This document shows, one piece after another, positions 40,706 through 47,314 of a stretch of DNA of 64,000 bases. The DNA lies in the sequence record MT612989.1. One strand, written 5' to 3'. The notes under the pieces were generated by a model. The model was not told where the DNA came from and made no database searches. It saw only the letters and a program-made list of their open reading frames with translations. Within the stretch, counting starts at the first letter, position 1; every line of letters begins with the position of its first letter. Made by a program: the position numbers and the translations under genes.

Positions 40706-40945
40706 GCCGCTAACTGGCGTACAATACACAGTGTATTCCCAACATTAGTGCAGACGTAGGCTCGCAACCTACGTTGGTACCGAATCACTGGGACCGAGTA
40801 GAAAGTGCATGTGAGATGTCGAAGTCTTGTATGTAGAAATAACGCTCGGCTGCTCTGAAATGCTGATTAGCTCTTACTTCGAAACTCTAATTGGGTGGAA
40901 GAGGTGTTGTGTTTGACGTGTGTTCGATTCACACGAGCGGCGCCA
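40706..40945 (+). ncRNA. 240-nt RNA with tRNA-like ends (tmRNA-like topology)
   Basis: GCCGCT/AGCGGC acceptor, G-CCA end, T arm GTGTG-TTCGATT-CACAC, ACAATAC/GTGTTGT closing helix. Confidence 0.65.
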
Positions 40946-40958
40946 AGAGGAAATTATA

Positions 40959-41480
40959 ATGAAACCATTGAAGTTCGTTGAGGCGTTCTCTAAAGAAGAA
41001 CGTGCTGCTATGACGATTGAAGAACGTAGCAGACTTCGTAAAATATATAACGAACGCTATCAAGAGTATGTTGATAAGTACATCAATGTATTCACTCGAA
41101 AAGACTTTCGAAGAGAGCGTTGCTGGGTTATTCTTGCACGATGTAAAAAGACTGGTGAAATCATCGGTCGAATTGAAAATAGTTTTAGTATGGGATGGTC
41201 TAAAGAACGTGTTCGTGTTATTCGACCGTATCTAAACGGTAATTTCACGGGCGATGATCGCTTCTCTAAAGCTGAGTACAACAAAGCGTGTGCTGAGTAC
41301 ATAACTCATCATGAGAAACAAGTAAAGTCTCTCAGAGAAGCTTACAAAGACACTCACGACGTTTTCTTATCTCGTGTGGGTAGTAAGAACTGTCCTGTTT
41401 CTATTGATTGGGATACGTATTACAGTAAAAAAGACAAACGAAACTTTGAATATCGAAATTTGAAATTCAAAGTTAAATAA
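40959..41480 (+). CDS. Hypothetical basic protein (173 aa)
   Basis: GAGG RBS, ATG 40959. Confidence 0.75.
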   Translation: MKPLKFVEAFSKEERAAMTIEERSRLRKIYNERYQEYVDKYINVFTRKDFRRERCWVILARCKKTGEIIGRIENSFSMGWSKERVRVIRPYLNGNFTGDDRFSKAEYNKACAEYITHHEKQVKSLREAYKDTHDVFLSRVGSKNCPVSIDWDTYYSKKDKRNFEYRNLKFKVK

Positions 41481-41485
41481 TTCAT

Positions 41486-41601
41486 AGTCGGGTAGCTCAG
41501 TGGTAGAGCACGAAGAATGATACTGACAAGTATCGCTCCAGCACTCCTTCAATTGCCTGTTAAGCACGTGGTCGCTGGTTCGAATCCAGCCCCGACTACC
41601 A
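41486..41601 (+). ncRNA. tRNA-like RNA E: GTT anticodon arm interrupted by 41-nt motif insert
   Basis: AGTCGGG/CCCGACT-A-CCA; CG[insert]TGC-CTGTTAA-GCACG; motif G41530, CAGCAC 41539. Confidence 0.8.
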
Positions 41602-41627
41602 TTTTTGATAAACTAGTGAGGTATAAC

Positions 41628-41864
41628 ATGAGCGGAACATTTAATATCAACAAAACGTTACTGACTCCGAAACAATTGCGCAATCTAACAGATGAGCGTC
41701 TGAATGAATATCGCAAGTCGTTTCGTAAGCCTCTTGGGTTTTTGAAGCATCTGAACGATACAAACGAATTGACTTCAGATCAGCACAAGAAATTCGTTGA
41801 GCTTAATAAGCACTACAACGACGAAATTCTTGCTGAAATGAACAAGCGAAAACACTTAGGTTAA
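41628..41864 (+). CDS. Hypothetical protein (78 aa)
   Basis: GAGG RBS, ATG 41628; the track start lies inside RNA E. Confidence 0.7.
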   Translation: MSGTFNINKTLLTPKQLRNLTDERLNEYRKSFRKPLGFLKHLNDTNELTSDQHKKFVELNKHYNDEILAEMNKRKHLG

Positions 41865-41991
41865 TAAAATCGCAGAAAATTGATAATTTTTTTCAATTTT
41901 CTGCGAAAATACCGCAAATCGTCAGATTTAGTGTTATAAGTACTATAAAGAAACAAAACAAATTTTAATTTTTATTTCAAGAGAGCATTCA

Positions 41992-42105
41992 ATGACGCAT
42001 TCGTTTACACATTCATCTGAGACATTACGCAGCGATTTTCTGCGCTCAGAATTCGTGTATCTAGCGAATCCGATTGCGAACCAGAAGTGGGATACCCTCT
42101 TGTAG
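41992..42105 (+). CDS. Possible 37-aa peptide MTHSFTHSSETLRS...
   Basis: AGAGAG RBS-like, followed by terminator. Confidence 0.35.
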   Translation: MTHSFTHSSETLRSDFLRSEFVYLANPIANQKWDTLL

Positions 42106-42134
42106 TCCGATAGTATAACATAGAAGTATACTTG

Positions 42135-42158
42135 AGGACGCAAATAGCGTCCTTTTTT
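42135..42158 (+). terminator. Rho-independent terminator
   Basis: AGGACGC/GCGTCCT then T tract. Confidence 0.8.
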
Positions 42159-42235
42159 ATGGGCGTAAGAAAGTTAAGAAATTTTGTTTAACGTACTTTG
42201 ATTACAGAGTATGATAAACAAAGTTAAAGAACAAA

Positions 42236-42309
42236 CGGGACGTGGCGTAAAGGTAGCGTTCATGCTTTGGGAGCATGTGGTAAGAGTTCGAGTCTCTTCG
42301 TCCCGACCA
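42236..42309 (+). tRNA. tRNA-Pro(TGG)
   Basis: CATGC-TTTGGGA-GCATG, CCA. Confidence 0.92.
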
Positions 42310-42318
42310 ATTTAAAAT

Positions 42319-42395
42319 CCGTGACTAGCTCAATCTGGTAGAGTACTCCGTTTGGGGCGGAGAAGTTAAGCGTTCGAATCGCTTGTCACGGACCA
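42319..42395 (+). tRNA. tRNA-Pro(TGG), second copy
   Basis: CTCCG-TTTGGGG-CGGAG, CCA. Confidence 0.9.
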
Positions 42396-42403
42396 GTTTT
42401 AAT

Positions 42404-42479
42404 GCCCGATTAGCTCAATTGGAAGAGCAGCGCCCTACGAAGGCGAAGGTTACAAGTTCGAATCTTGTATTGGGTGCCA
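42404..42479 (+). tRNA. tRNA-Arg(ACG)
   Basis: Loop CTACGAA, CCA. Confidence 0.92.
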
Positions 42480-42682
42480 GTTAGTGTTGTTTGATTGAAG
42501 CTCGCTTTCGCACATTCCCGAAACTGCTTCTACGAATTGATACGCTTAGGACCGTATCTCGTTAAGTACTGTCGAGATGATAGAATTTAACGAACTTTTT
42601 CATAAATTAGTGTTTATGATGTCTTGAGCGAGTGTTAATATTAACACATAGAAAATGAAAACGTTAAGTTCTTCAAAATAAA

Positions 42683-42814
42683 TTCAAAAAGATGTTTACA
42701 ACGATATAAACATCGTGTACAATGAAGAAAAGCGAAACATCATTCAAAATCGAATGAAAAGTTTTTCAAAAAGATGTTTACAACGATAAAAACATCATGT
42801 ACAATGAAGAAAAG
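42683..42814 (+). promoter_or_regulatory. Duplicated 50-bp early promoter unit
   Basis: 42683-42732 and 42765-42814 differ at 2 positions; TTTACA-17-TACAAT. Confidence 0.85.
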
Positions 42815-42832
42815 AAGTTTACAAAATTTAAT

Positions 42833-42909
42833 GCGCAAGTAGCCCAATTGGCAGAGGCACTGGTCTTAGAAACCAGAAGTTAAGAGTTCGAATCTCTTCT
42901 TGCGTACCA
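42833..42909 (+). tRNA. tRNA-Leu(TAG), short variable loop
   Basis: CTGGT-CTTAGAA-ACCAG, CCA. Confidence 0.9.
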
Positions 42910-42910
42910 A

Positions 42911-42985
42911 GCACCCTTAGCTTATCAGGAAAAGCGGCGGATTGAAGTCCCGCAGTGCTCGGTTCGATTCCGAGGGGGTGCACCA
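42911..42985 (+). tRNA. tRNA-Phe(GAA)
   Basis: Loop TTGAAGT, CCA. Confidence 0.85.
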
Positions 42986-43074
42986 TATTATAGCTTGTTT
43001 GTAAGAGTTAAATCAAGCAAGGGGTTTTAGTTTTGGGTTATTTAGCAAACGCTCTTAACGTGAAAATCAAATCT

Positions 43075-43149
43075 GGGTCGTTCGTATAACGGTAGTACAT
43101 CTGGCTTTTAACCAGAACGGTGAGAGTTCGAATCTCTTGCGACCCACCA
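43075..43149 (+). tRNA. tRNA-Lys(TTT)
   Basis: TCTGG-CTTTTAA-CCAGA, CCA. Confidence 0.92.
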
Positions 43150-43160
43150 GATTTTATAAT

Positions 43161-43237
43161 GCGTCGGTAGCTCATCATGGAAGAGCAGGGAGCTTTTAAC
43201 TCTCAGGTGTCTGGTTCGAGTCCAGGGCGGCGTACCA
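43161..43237 (+). tRNA. tRNA-Lys(TTT), second copy
   Basis: GGGAG-CTTTTAA-CTCTC, CCA. Confidence 0.92.
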
Positions 43238-43300
43238 AATTAGATACATTGTGTATCGCTTTGCAAGTTAGATAGCTTGCAAATCAATATACAATTTAAT

Positions 43301-43375
43301 TCTCCCGTGGACTAACGGTAGGTCATCACCCTTTCAAGGTGAAGTGCGCGAGTTCGAATCTCGTCGGGAGAACCA
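43301..43375 (+). tRNA. tRNA-Glu(TTC)
   Basis: TCACC-CTTTCAA-GGTGA, CCA. Confidence 0.92.
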
Positions 43376-43381
43376 AATTAC

Positions 43382-43467
43382 GGAGCGTACGTCTCAAGGT
43401 GAGACAGGGGACTGTAAATCCCTGACCCTTAACGGGTAGAGAGGTTCGATTCCTCTACGCTCCACCA
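43382..43467 (+). tRNA. tRNA-Tyr(GTA)
   Basis: Loop CTGTAAA, long variable arm, CCA. Confidence 0.92.
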
Positions 43468-43471
43468 GTTT

Positions 43472-43560
43472 TAGCTTGCATACTGCAATTTAACTTAATC
43501 TATTGATCGCTCGGCGAACTCAGTTCAGACAGCGATAAACAGACCAAAGAACGCAAGCTG
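43472..43560 (+). ncRNA. Inter-tRNA RNA K with open-form CWGCA motif
   Basis: GCTTGC-ATA-CTGCAA ... GCAAGC-TG. Confidence 0.65.
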
Positions 43561-43569
43561 TTGAATAAT

Positions 43570-43646
43570 TGCGGGGTAGAGAAGTGGTCATCTCGTCGGT
43601 CTCATAAGCCGGAGAACGCTGGTTCGAATCCAGCCCCACGCAACCA
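43570..43646 (+). tRNA. tRNA-fMet-like (CAT), atypical
   Basis: fMet-like body, loop CTCATAA; GGT/GCC instead of GGG/CCC; extra nt in acceptor 3' strand. Confidence 0.8.
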
Positions 43647-43692
43647 AATTTATTTCGACTAAATATTGTTTTACGCAATAAGGAAAATTACA

Positions 43693-43935
43693 ATGAAAAC
43701 ATTTGATGAATTCATTACCGAGTCGAAAGATGTTACTTTCGGAGTTTCTGGCTCACTTTTTAGTGGTGCAATGGATAGAGAGAGACATCGAAACATGATG
43801 CAAAAACTTGGCGCTGTTAGAGACACCAAATCAAAATCACAAGATAATGTTTGGGTTGTCAGTCAAGCGAATGCTGATGCAGTTGAAGAATATCTTAGTC
43901 AGTTTGATAAGCTGATGTGGGGTAGACACAAATAA
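43693..43935 (+). CDS. Probable internal head protein (80 aa)
   Basis: N-terminus MKTFDEFITE resembles T4 capsid-targeting sequence; ACTAAATA at 43658-43665. Confidence 0.65.
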   Translation: MKTFDEFITESKDVTFGVSGSLFSGAMDRERHRNMMQKLGAVRDTKSKSQDNVWVVSQANADAVEEYLSQFDKLMWGRHK

Positions 43936-43941
43936 TTAATT

Positions 43942-44040
43942 GGAAGGCTTAGCCGAGAGATTCTGGGTAGCGGCAACGGTCTTGAAAACCGTCGGTCACC
44001 GGGAGGTGATGTTAGGGTTCGAATCCCTAGTCTTCCGCCA
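43942..44040 (+). tRNA. tRNA-Ser(TGA), enlarged D loop
   Basis: ACGGT-CTTGAAA-ACCGT, long variable arm, G-CCA. Confidence 0.9.
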
Positions 44041-44104
44041 ATTAGTTAACCGGGAAGTTTAGTCACTTAACCGATTAACACGAGCACTGAAATGTGCTCA
44101 CTTT

Positions 44105-44178
44105 AGTCCCTTAGCTCAACGGTAGAGCGTGCGACCGATAATCGCTTGGTAAGAGTTCGATTCTCTTAGGGACTACCA
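44105..44178 (+). tRNA. tRNA-Ile(GAT)
   Basis: Loop CCGATAA (C33), CCA. Confidence 0.88.
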
Positions 44179-44184
44179 GATTTT

Positions 44185-44258
44185 AGGGGCATGATGTAAA
44201 GGCAGCATGACGGATTCCAAACCCGTTCGTTAGAGTTCGAATCTCTATGCCCCTGCCA
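44185..44258 (+). tRNA. tRNA-Trp(CCA)
   Basis: Loop TTCCAAA, G-CCA. Confidence 0.9.
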
Positions 44259-44262
44259 GTTT

Positions 44263-44322
44263 AAGTAATCTTACAGCAAACAATACAAAACTTTTATTTG
44301 GAAAAAGCAAAAAGGATTACTG
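44263..44322 (+). ncRNA. Inter-tRNA RNA F with open-form motif
   Basis: AA-GTAATC-TTA-CAGCAA ... GATTAC-TG. Confidence 0.7.
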
Positions 44323-44333
44323 TTTAAATTCAA

Positions 44334-44408
44334 GGGTGTGTAACTCAGAGGCAGAGTAGTCGGCTGTTAACCGACAAGTCGAGATTTCGAAATTCTCCAC
44401 GCCCGCCA
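44334..44408 (+). tRNA. tRNA-Asn(GTT)
   Basis: GTCGG-CTGTTAA-CCGAC, G-CCA. Confidence 0.9.
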
Positions 44409-44409
44409 T

Positions 44410-44485
44410 GCTTCATTAACTCAGTTGGTAGAGTGTCTGACTGTTAATCAGAGAGTCGTTGGTTCGAGTCCAACATGAAGCGCCA
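44410..44485 (+). tRNA. tRNA-Asn(GTT), second copy
   Basis: TCTGA-CTGTTAA-TCAGA, G-CCA. Confidence 0.92.
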
Positions 44486-44553
44486 AATTCGGAGAGTCAC
44501 TACCGTTAAGTGTGAACTTGAAAAACAAAGCAACTACTTTAAGTTGTCTTTGG

Positions 44554-44629
44554 GGAGCCGAGGTGTAAGTGGTTGCATGTCTCCCTGTCACGGAGAAGGT
44601 AGCGGGTTCGAAACCCGTCGGTTCCGCCA
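44554..44629 (+). tRNA. tRNA-Asp(GTC)
   Basis: TCTCC-CTGTCAC-GGAGA, G-CCA. Confidence 0.92.
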
Positions 44630-44648
44630 AAGATAATTTAAGAACAAT

Positions 44649-44722
44649 TGGGGATTGGTGTAAAGGCAGCATAACGTACTTTGAATGCGTTGGTATCAGT
44701 TCGAATCTGTTATCCCCAGCCA
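44649..44722 (+). tRNA. tRNA-Gln(TTG)
   Basis: ACGTA-CTTTGAA-TGCGT, G-CCA. Confidence 0.9.
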
Positions 44723-44729
44723 AATACCG

Positions 44730-44845
44730 AAGAGTGTTTTCAGCAAACAATTTACTAATATTCTTATCGGAAAGAAATGTTTAGGGTTCGATTCCCTTTC
44801 AGTGTTGGTATCACTGGTCTGGACGACGCTAGTAATAACACTCAG
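44730..44845 (+). ncRNA. RNA G: motif stem at termini enclosing a T arm and closed acceptor-like hairpin (Y-RNA/YrlA-like)
   Basis: AA-GAGTGT-TTT-CAGCAA ... AGGG-TTCGATT-CCCT, TCAGTG/CACTGG ... ACACTC-AG. Confidence 0.65.
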
Positions 44846-44849
44846 TAAC

Positions 44850-44925
44850 GCCCTGATAGCACAACTGGCAGTGCAGCTCACTTGTAATGAGCAGGTTCGC
44901 GGTTCGAATCCGTGTCAGGGCACCA
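44850..44925 (+). tRNA. tRNA-Thr(TGT)
   Basis: GCTCA-CTTGTAA-TGAGC, CCA. Confidence 0.92.
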
Positions 44926-44949
44926 TTTTCAAACAACTGCGAGAATAAC

Positions 44950-45159
44950 ATGAACTATATTTCTGTATGGTGTGAATATGACATTGGTGGGGATTTCGGT
45001 GGCAACAATAACGAAGATGTTTTTTCCGTTAGTGAAGAATTATCTAATGAAGAAGTTGAAGCAAAAGTTGCTGAATATATTTCTGACATTGTTAGTGAGC
45101 CGATTGAAGAACTTGAAGGTTTATACGGTTGGGAATATATTTCAATCACACAGTTGTAA
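44950..45159 (+). CDS. Hypothetical acidic protein (69 aa)
   Basis: GAGA RBS, ATG 44950. Confidence 0.7.
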   Translation: MNYISVWCEYDIGGDFGGNNNEDVFSVSEELSNEEVEAKVAEYISDIVSEPIEELEGLYGWEYISITQL

Positions 45160-45166
45160 AAAATAT

Positions 45167-45241
45167 GGGCCGTTAGCTTAATTGGGAAAGCGCCTCACTT
45201 GCAATGAGGAAGATAGGGTTCGACTCCCTGCGTGTCCACCA
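45167..45241 (+). tRNA. tRNA-Ala(TGC), irregular acceptor stem
   Basis: CCTCA-CTTGCAA-TGAGG, G3-U70 retained, CCA. Confidence 0.8.
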
Positions 45242-45315
45242 AATTTCGAACACATGAGCGTAGACTCTCTTTACTACCATCGTCTACACTAGTTCATGGT
45301 TCGAATCTTTTCAAT

Positions 45316-45391
45316 GCGCTGTTAGCTCAATTGGAAGAGCACGTCCCTTCTAAGGATGGGGTTATGAGTTCGAATCTCATACGGCGTGCCA
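45316..45391 (+). tRNA. tRNA-Arg(TCT)
   Basis: CGTCC-CTTCTAA-GGATG, CCA. Confidence 0.92.
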
Positions 45392-45450
45392 TATTAAGCT
45401 CTTATCATGCGACGAATGATACTTTGCTTCGGCATATCACGAGCATGGTG

Positions 45451-45568
45451 AGAGAGACAATATACAGCAAACAATTGAAATTACTTAAAAGAAGTGATGA
45501 TCTTAACCTGGGCTGATTTTAACCTGAGCTTGCTTAGGCGCAGCTTGAAAGGAAAGATTCTCTCTGTC
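45451..45568 (+). ncRNA. RNA I with open-form motif (less regular stem)
   Basis: AGAGAGACAATATA-CAGCAA ... ATTCTCTCTGTC. Confidence 0.5.
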
Positions 45569-45574
45569 TAGAAA

Positions 45575-45747
45575 TAGTCAGATAGGCGCGTCGCTGAAAC
45601 AGACGATATTTGCTTGTTGAGAATCAATAAGCTAGTCAACTCCGATTTATGCAAAAGACGAAAAAACACTTCGGTATTGTCTGTACTTAATTCGTCGGAA
45701 ACGACACTGTAGCCGAAAGGCAAGTTTACTAACTTAGTTGTTAGTCG
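45575..45747 (+). ncRNA. Multi-hairpin region with GNRA loops
   Basis: GCTTGTTGA/TCAATAAGC, GTCG-GAAA-CGAC, GCC-GAAA-GGC, ACTAAC/GTTAGT. Confidence 0.45.
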
Positions 45748-45914
45748 TGATACAGGAAGTATCATGTGGTATTATTATGAACGTTTCTAGTCATCGTCAT
45801 GTAAAACAATCAAAACTAAGCAGAGGTAACAGTACCCACTATGTGGTTCCTCACTCAGACCATGAATATATGGTGTCAGCCAGTGTGCGATTAAATGAGT
45901 TAATTACTGCAATT

Positions 45915-45990
45915 GGTGATGTAGCTCAAGTGGCAGAGCAACGCTTTCATACGGCGTAAGATCCGATTTCGAGTATCGGTGTCACCTCCA
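45915..45990 (+). tRNA. Atypical tRNA with CAT anticodon
   Basis: ACGCT-TTCATAC-GGCGT, U73-CCA. Confidence 0.75.
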
Positions 45991-46010
45991 AATTCAAAAA
46001 CAAAGAGGTT

Positions 46011-46175
46011 ACGAAGCATGACTACTTTACACTAAGCAAGGGCAACATACGCGATAAAATTCGATATGTTGAAAAATGTCTCGCGAATGAGACCAACCCG
46101 TTCTTTATAAGAACACTTACTGTAGAGCTTACGAATCTACGTGCAATACGTGATTTGTTCGACGCTTCAGATTAA
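46011..46175 (+). CDS. 54-codon ORF with ACG at start position (non-canonical start or pseudogene)
   Basis: AGAGG RBS just upstream of ACG; open frame KHDYFTLSKGNIRDKIRYVEKCLANE... Confidence 0.4.
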   Translation, partial: TKHDYFTLSKGNIRDKIRYVEKCLANETNPFFIRTLTVELTNLRAIRDLFDASD

Positions 46176-46179
46176 CAAT

Positions 46180-46253
46180 GCGGGTATGATGTAATGGTAG
46201 CATGACGTCCTTCCAAGTCGTTCGTCTCGGTTCGAGTCCGTGTACCCGCTCCA
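46180..46253 (+). tRNA. tRNA-Gly(TCC)
   Basis: Loop CTTCCAA, U-CCA. Confidence 0.9.
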
Positions 46254-46259
46254 AATTTT

Positions 46260-46333
46260 GGTCCCTTAGTATAATGGCAGTACGTCTCTTTTACACAGAG
46301 AAAGAAGTGGCTCGATTCCACTAGGGACTACCA
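46260..46333 (+). tRNA. tRNA-Val(TAC)
   Basis: TCTCT-TTTACAC-AGAGA, CCA. Confidence 0.9.
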
Positions 46334-46356
46334 TTCTTTATGATGAGAAATAAATT

Positions 46357-46596
46357 ATGACGCCTGCATTACTTGAAACTCATGAATACGTAAACCACAA
46401 CCAAATCGAAAAGCTACAGCAAATGGACAGACTTATGTTTGATTGTTGGCGTGCTGGGTATAAACGTGGCAAGATTTTAGAGCTTGCATTGTCGATTGAG
46501 TCTTCAACAACCGAAGCAGACATCGAAATTTATTTCAAAAATATGTTTACAAGAGAACTATCGGCTGATAGTATCTACTTAAAGAAAACTGTATGA
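46357..46596 (+). CDS. Hypothetical protein (79 aa)
   Basis: ORF between tRNA-Val and tRNA-His, GAGA RBS. Confidence 0.7.
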   Translation: MTPALLETHEYVNHNQIEKLQQMDRLMFDCWRAGYKRGKILELALSIESSTTEADIEIYFKNMFTRELSADSIYLKKTV

Positions 46597-46747
46597 CGGA
46601 GTAGTGCTCCGACCGAATGACACACGCAAATGAGTCCGGTTGACAAACGTTATATGTCCCAAAGTATTGCAGGTAGCGACGGCGGTGTTGCTAGTAGATT
46701 TATCTATTTCTCCAAGACATAATGCAAGCTTTTAAAGTGTACTTTGG

Positions 46748-46825
46748 TGTGGCAGTGGGTGAAGTGGAAATACCCCCGGGTTGTGATTCCGGAAGATGCG
46801 GGTTCGATCCCCGTCTGTCACCCCA
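46748..46825 (+). tRNA. tRNA-His(GTG), U at -1
   Basis: CCGGG-TTGTGAT-TCCGG, C73-CCA. Confidence 0.9.
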
Positions 46826-46837
46826 AAGTACATTTAT

Positions 46838-46911
46838 GCTCGAATCGTATAATGGCAGTATGACGGATTGCAAATCCGCAGGTCAGGGTTCGATTCCCTG
46901 TTCGAGCTCCA
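46838..46911 (+). tRNA. tRNA-Cys(GCA)
   Basis: Loop TTGCAAA, U73-CCA. Confidence 0.9.
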
Positions 46912-46913
46912 AT

Positions 46914-46990
46914 GCGCACGTGGTCCAATTGGCAGAGGCATGAGGCTTAAAATCTCAGGGATGGCGGTTCGAATCCGCCCGTGCGTACCA
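46914..46990 (+). tRNA. tRNA-Leu(TAA), short variable loop
   Basis: TGAGG-CTTAAAA-TCTCA, CCA. Confidence 0.9.
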
Positions 46991-47003
46991 AATTCTAGCA
47001 TAA

Positions 47004-47095
47004 GCCGCGTTCTATACGAAGCTAGACTACCGCCGTTGAAAAACGGTCTCAGCCGAGCGAAAGCTGACAGGTGTTAGGGATTAAAGAGTCGCGGC
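47004..47095 (+). ncRNA. Structured inter-tRNA RNA
   Basis: GCCGCG/CGCGGC closing stem, CCGTT-GAAA-AACGG, TCAGC/GCTGA. Confidence 0.5.
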
Positions 47096-47106
47096 AGTTT
47101 ATTCAA

Positions 47107-47183
47107 GCCCAACTAGTCCAATTGGCAGAGGCACTAGTTTCAAACACTAGGAGTTCCGAGTTCGAATCTCGGGTTGGGCACCA
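47107..47183 (+). tRNA. tRNA-Leu(CAA), short variable loop
   Basis: CTAGT-TTCAAAC-ACTAG, CCA. Confidence 0.9.
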
Positions 47184-47279
47184 AATTCACTTAGCAACGC
47201 GAATCGAAAGAGAGTGGATAGACCTGCTAAGAGTCCCGCTAGGTCTTTAAATTATCTAAAGTGGATCTGCGAAGCGCGT

Positions 47280-47314
47280 GGCACACGTCAGCAATAAGAG
47301 CAAATATGTGTCTG
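47280..47314 (+). ncRNA. Minimal open-form motif J
   Basis: GGCACA-CGT-CAGCAA ... TGTGTC-TG. Confidence 0.55.

Noticed and set aside
40750-40780. GTAGG-CTCGCAA-CCTAC as T arm of a separate degenerate tRNA
   Set aside because: Acceptor pairing is poor; better explained as an internal hairpin of the 240-nt RNA.
40706-40945. Firm tmRNA (ssrA) call
   Set aside because: Lacks G3-U70 and A73, is short, and no tag frame was identifiable.
39160-41601. Inserts in tRNA-like RNAs as group I/II introns
   Set aside because: Only about 40-60 nt, no catalytic core, and not at one fixed position.
42017-42050. GACATT-ACG-CAGCGA motif-like string
   Set aside because: CAGCG not CWGCA, no AATGTC partner, and it is engaged in another hairpin.
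45852-45912. Possible 13th motif copy (ACTC-AG ... GAGT-TAATTA-CTGCAA)
   Set aside because: Spacing is 10 nt rather than 9 and the stem only 4 bp; not counted.
39634-47077. Track ORFs overlapping tRNAs (39634, 44448, 44569, 44685, 45232, 46722, 46868 and others)
   Set aside because: They translate tRNA/ncRNA sequence and lack RBS; treated as spurious.
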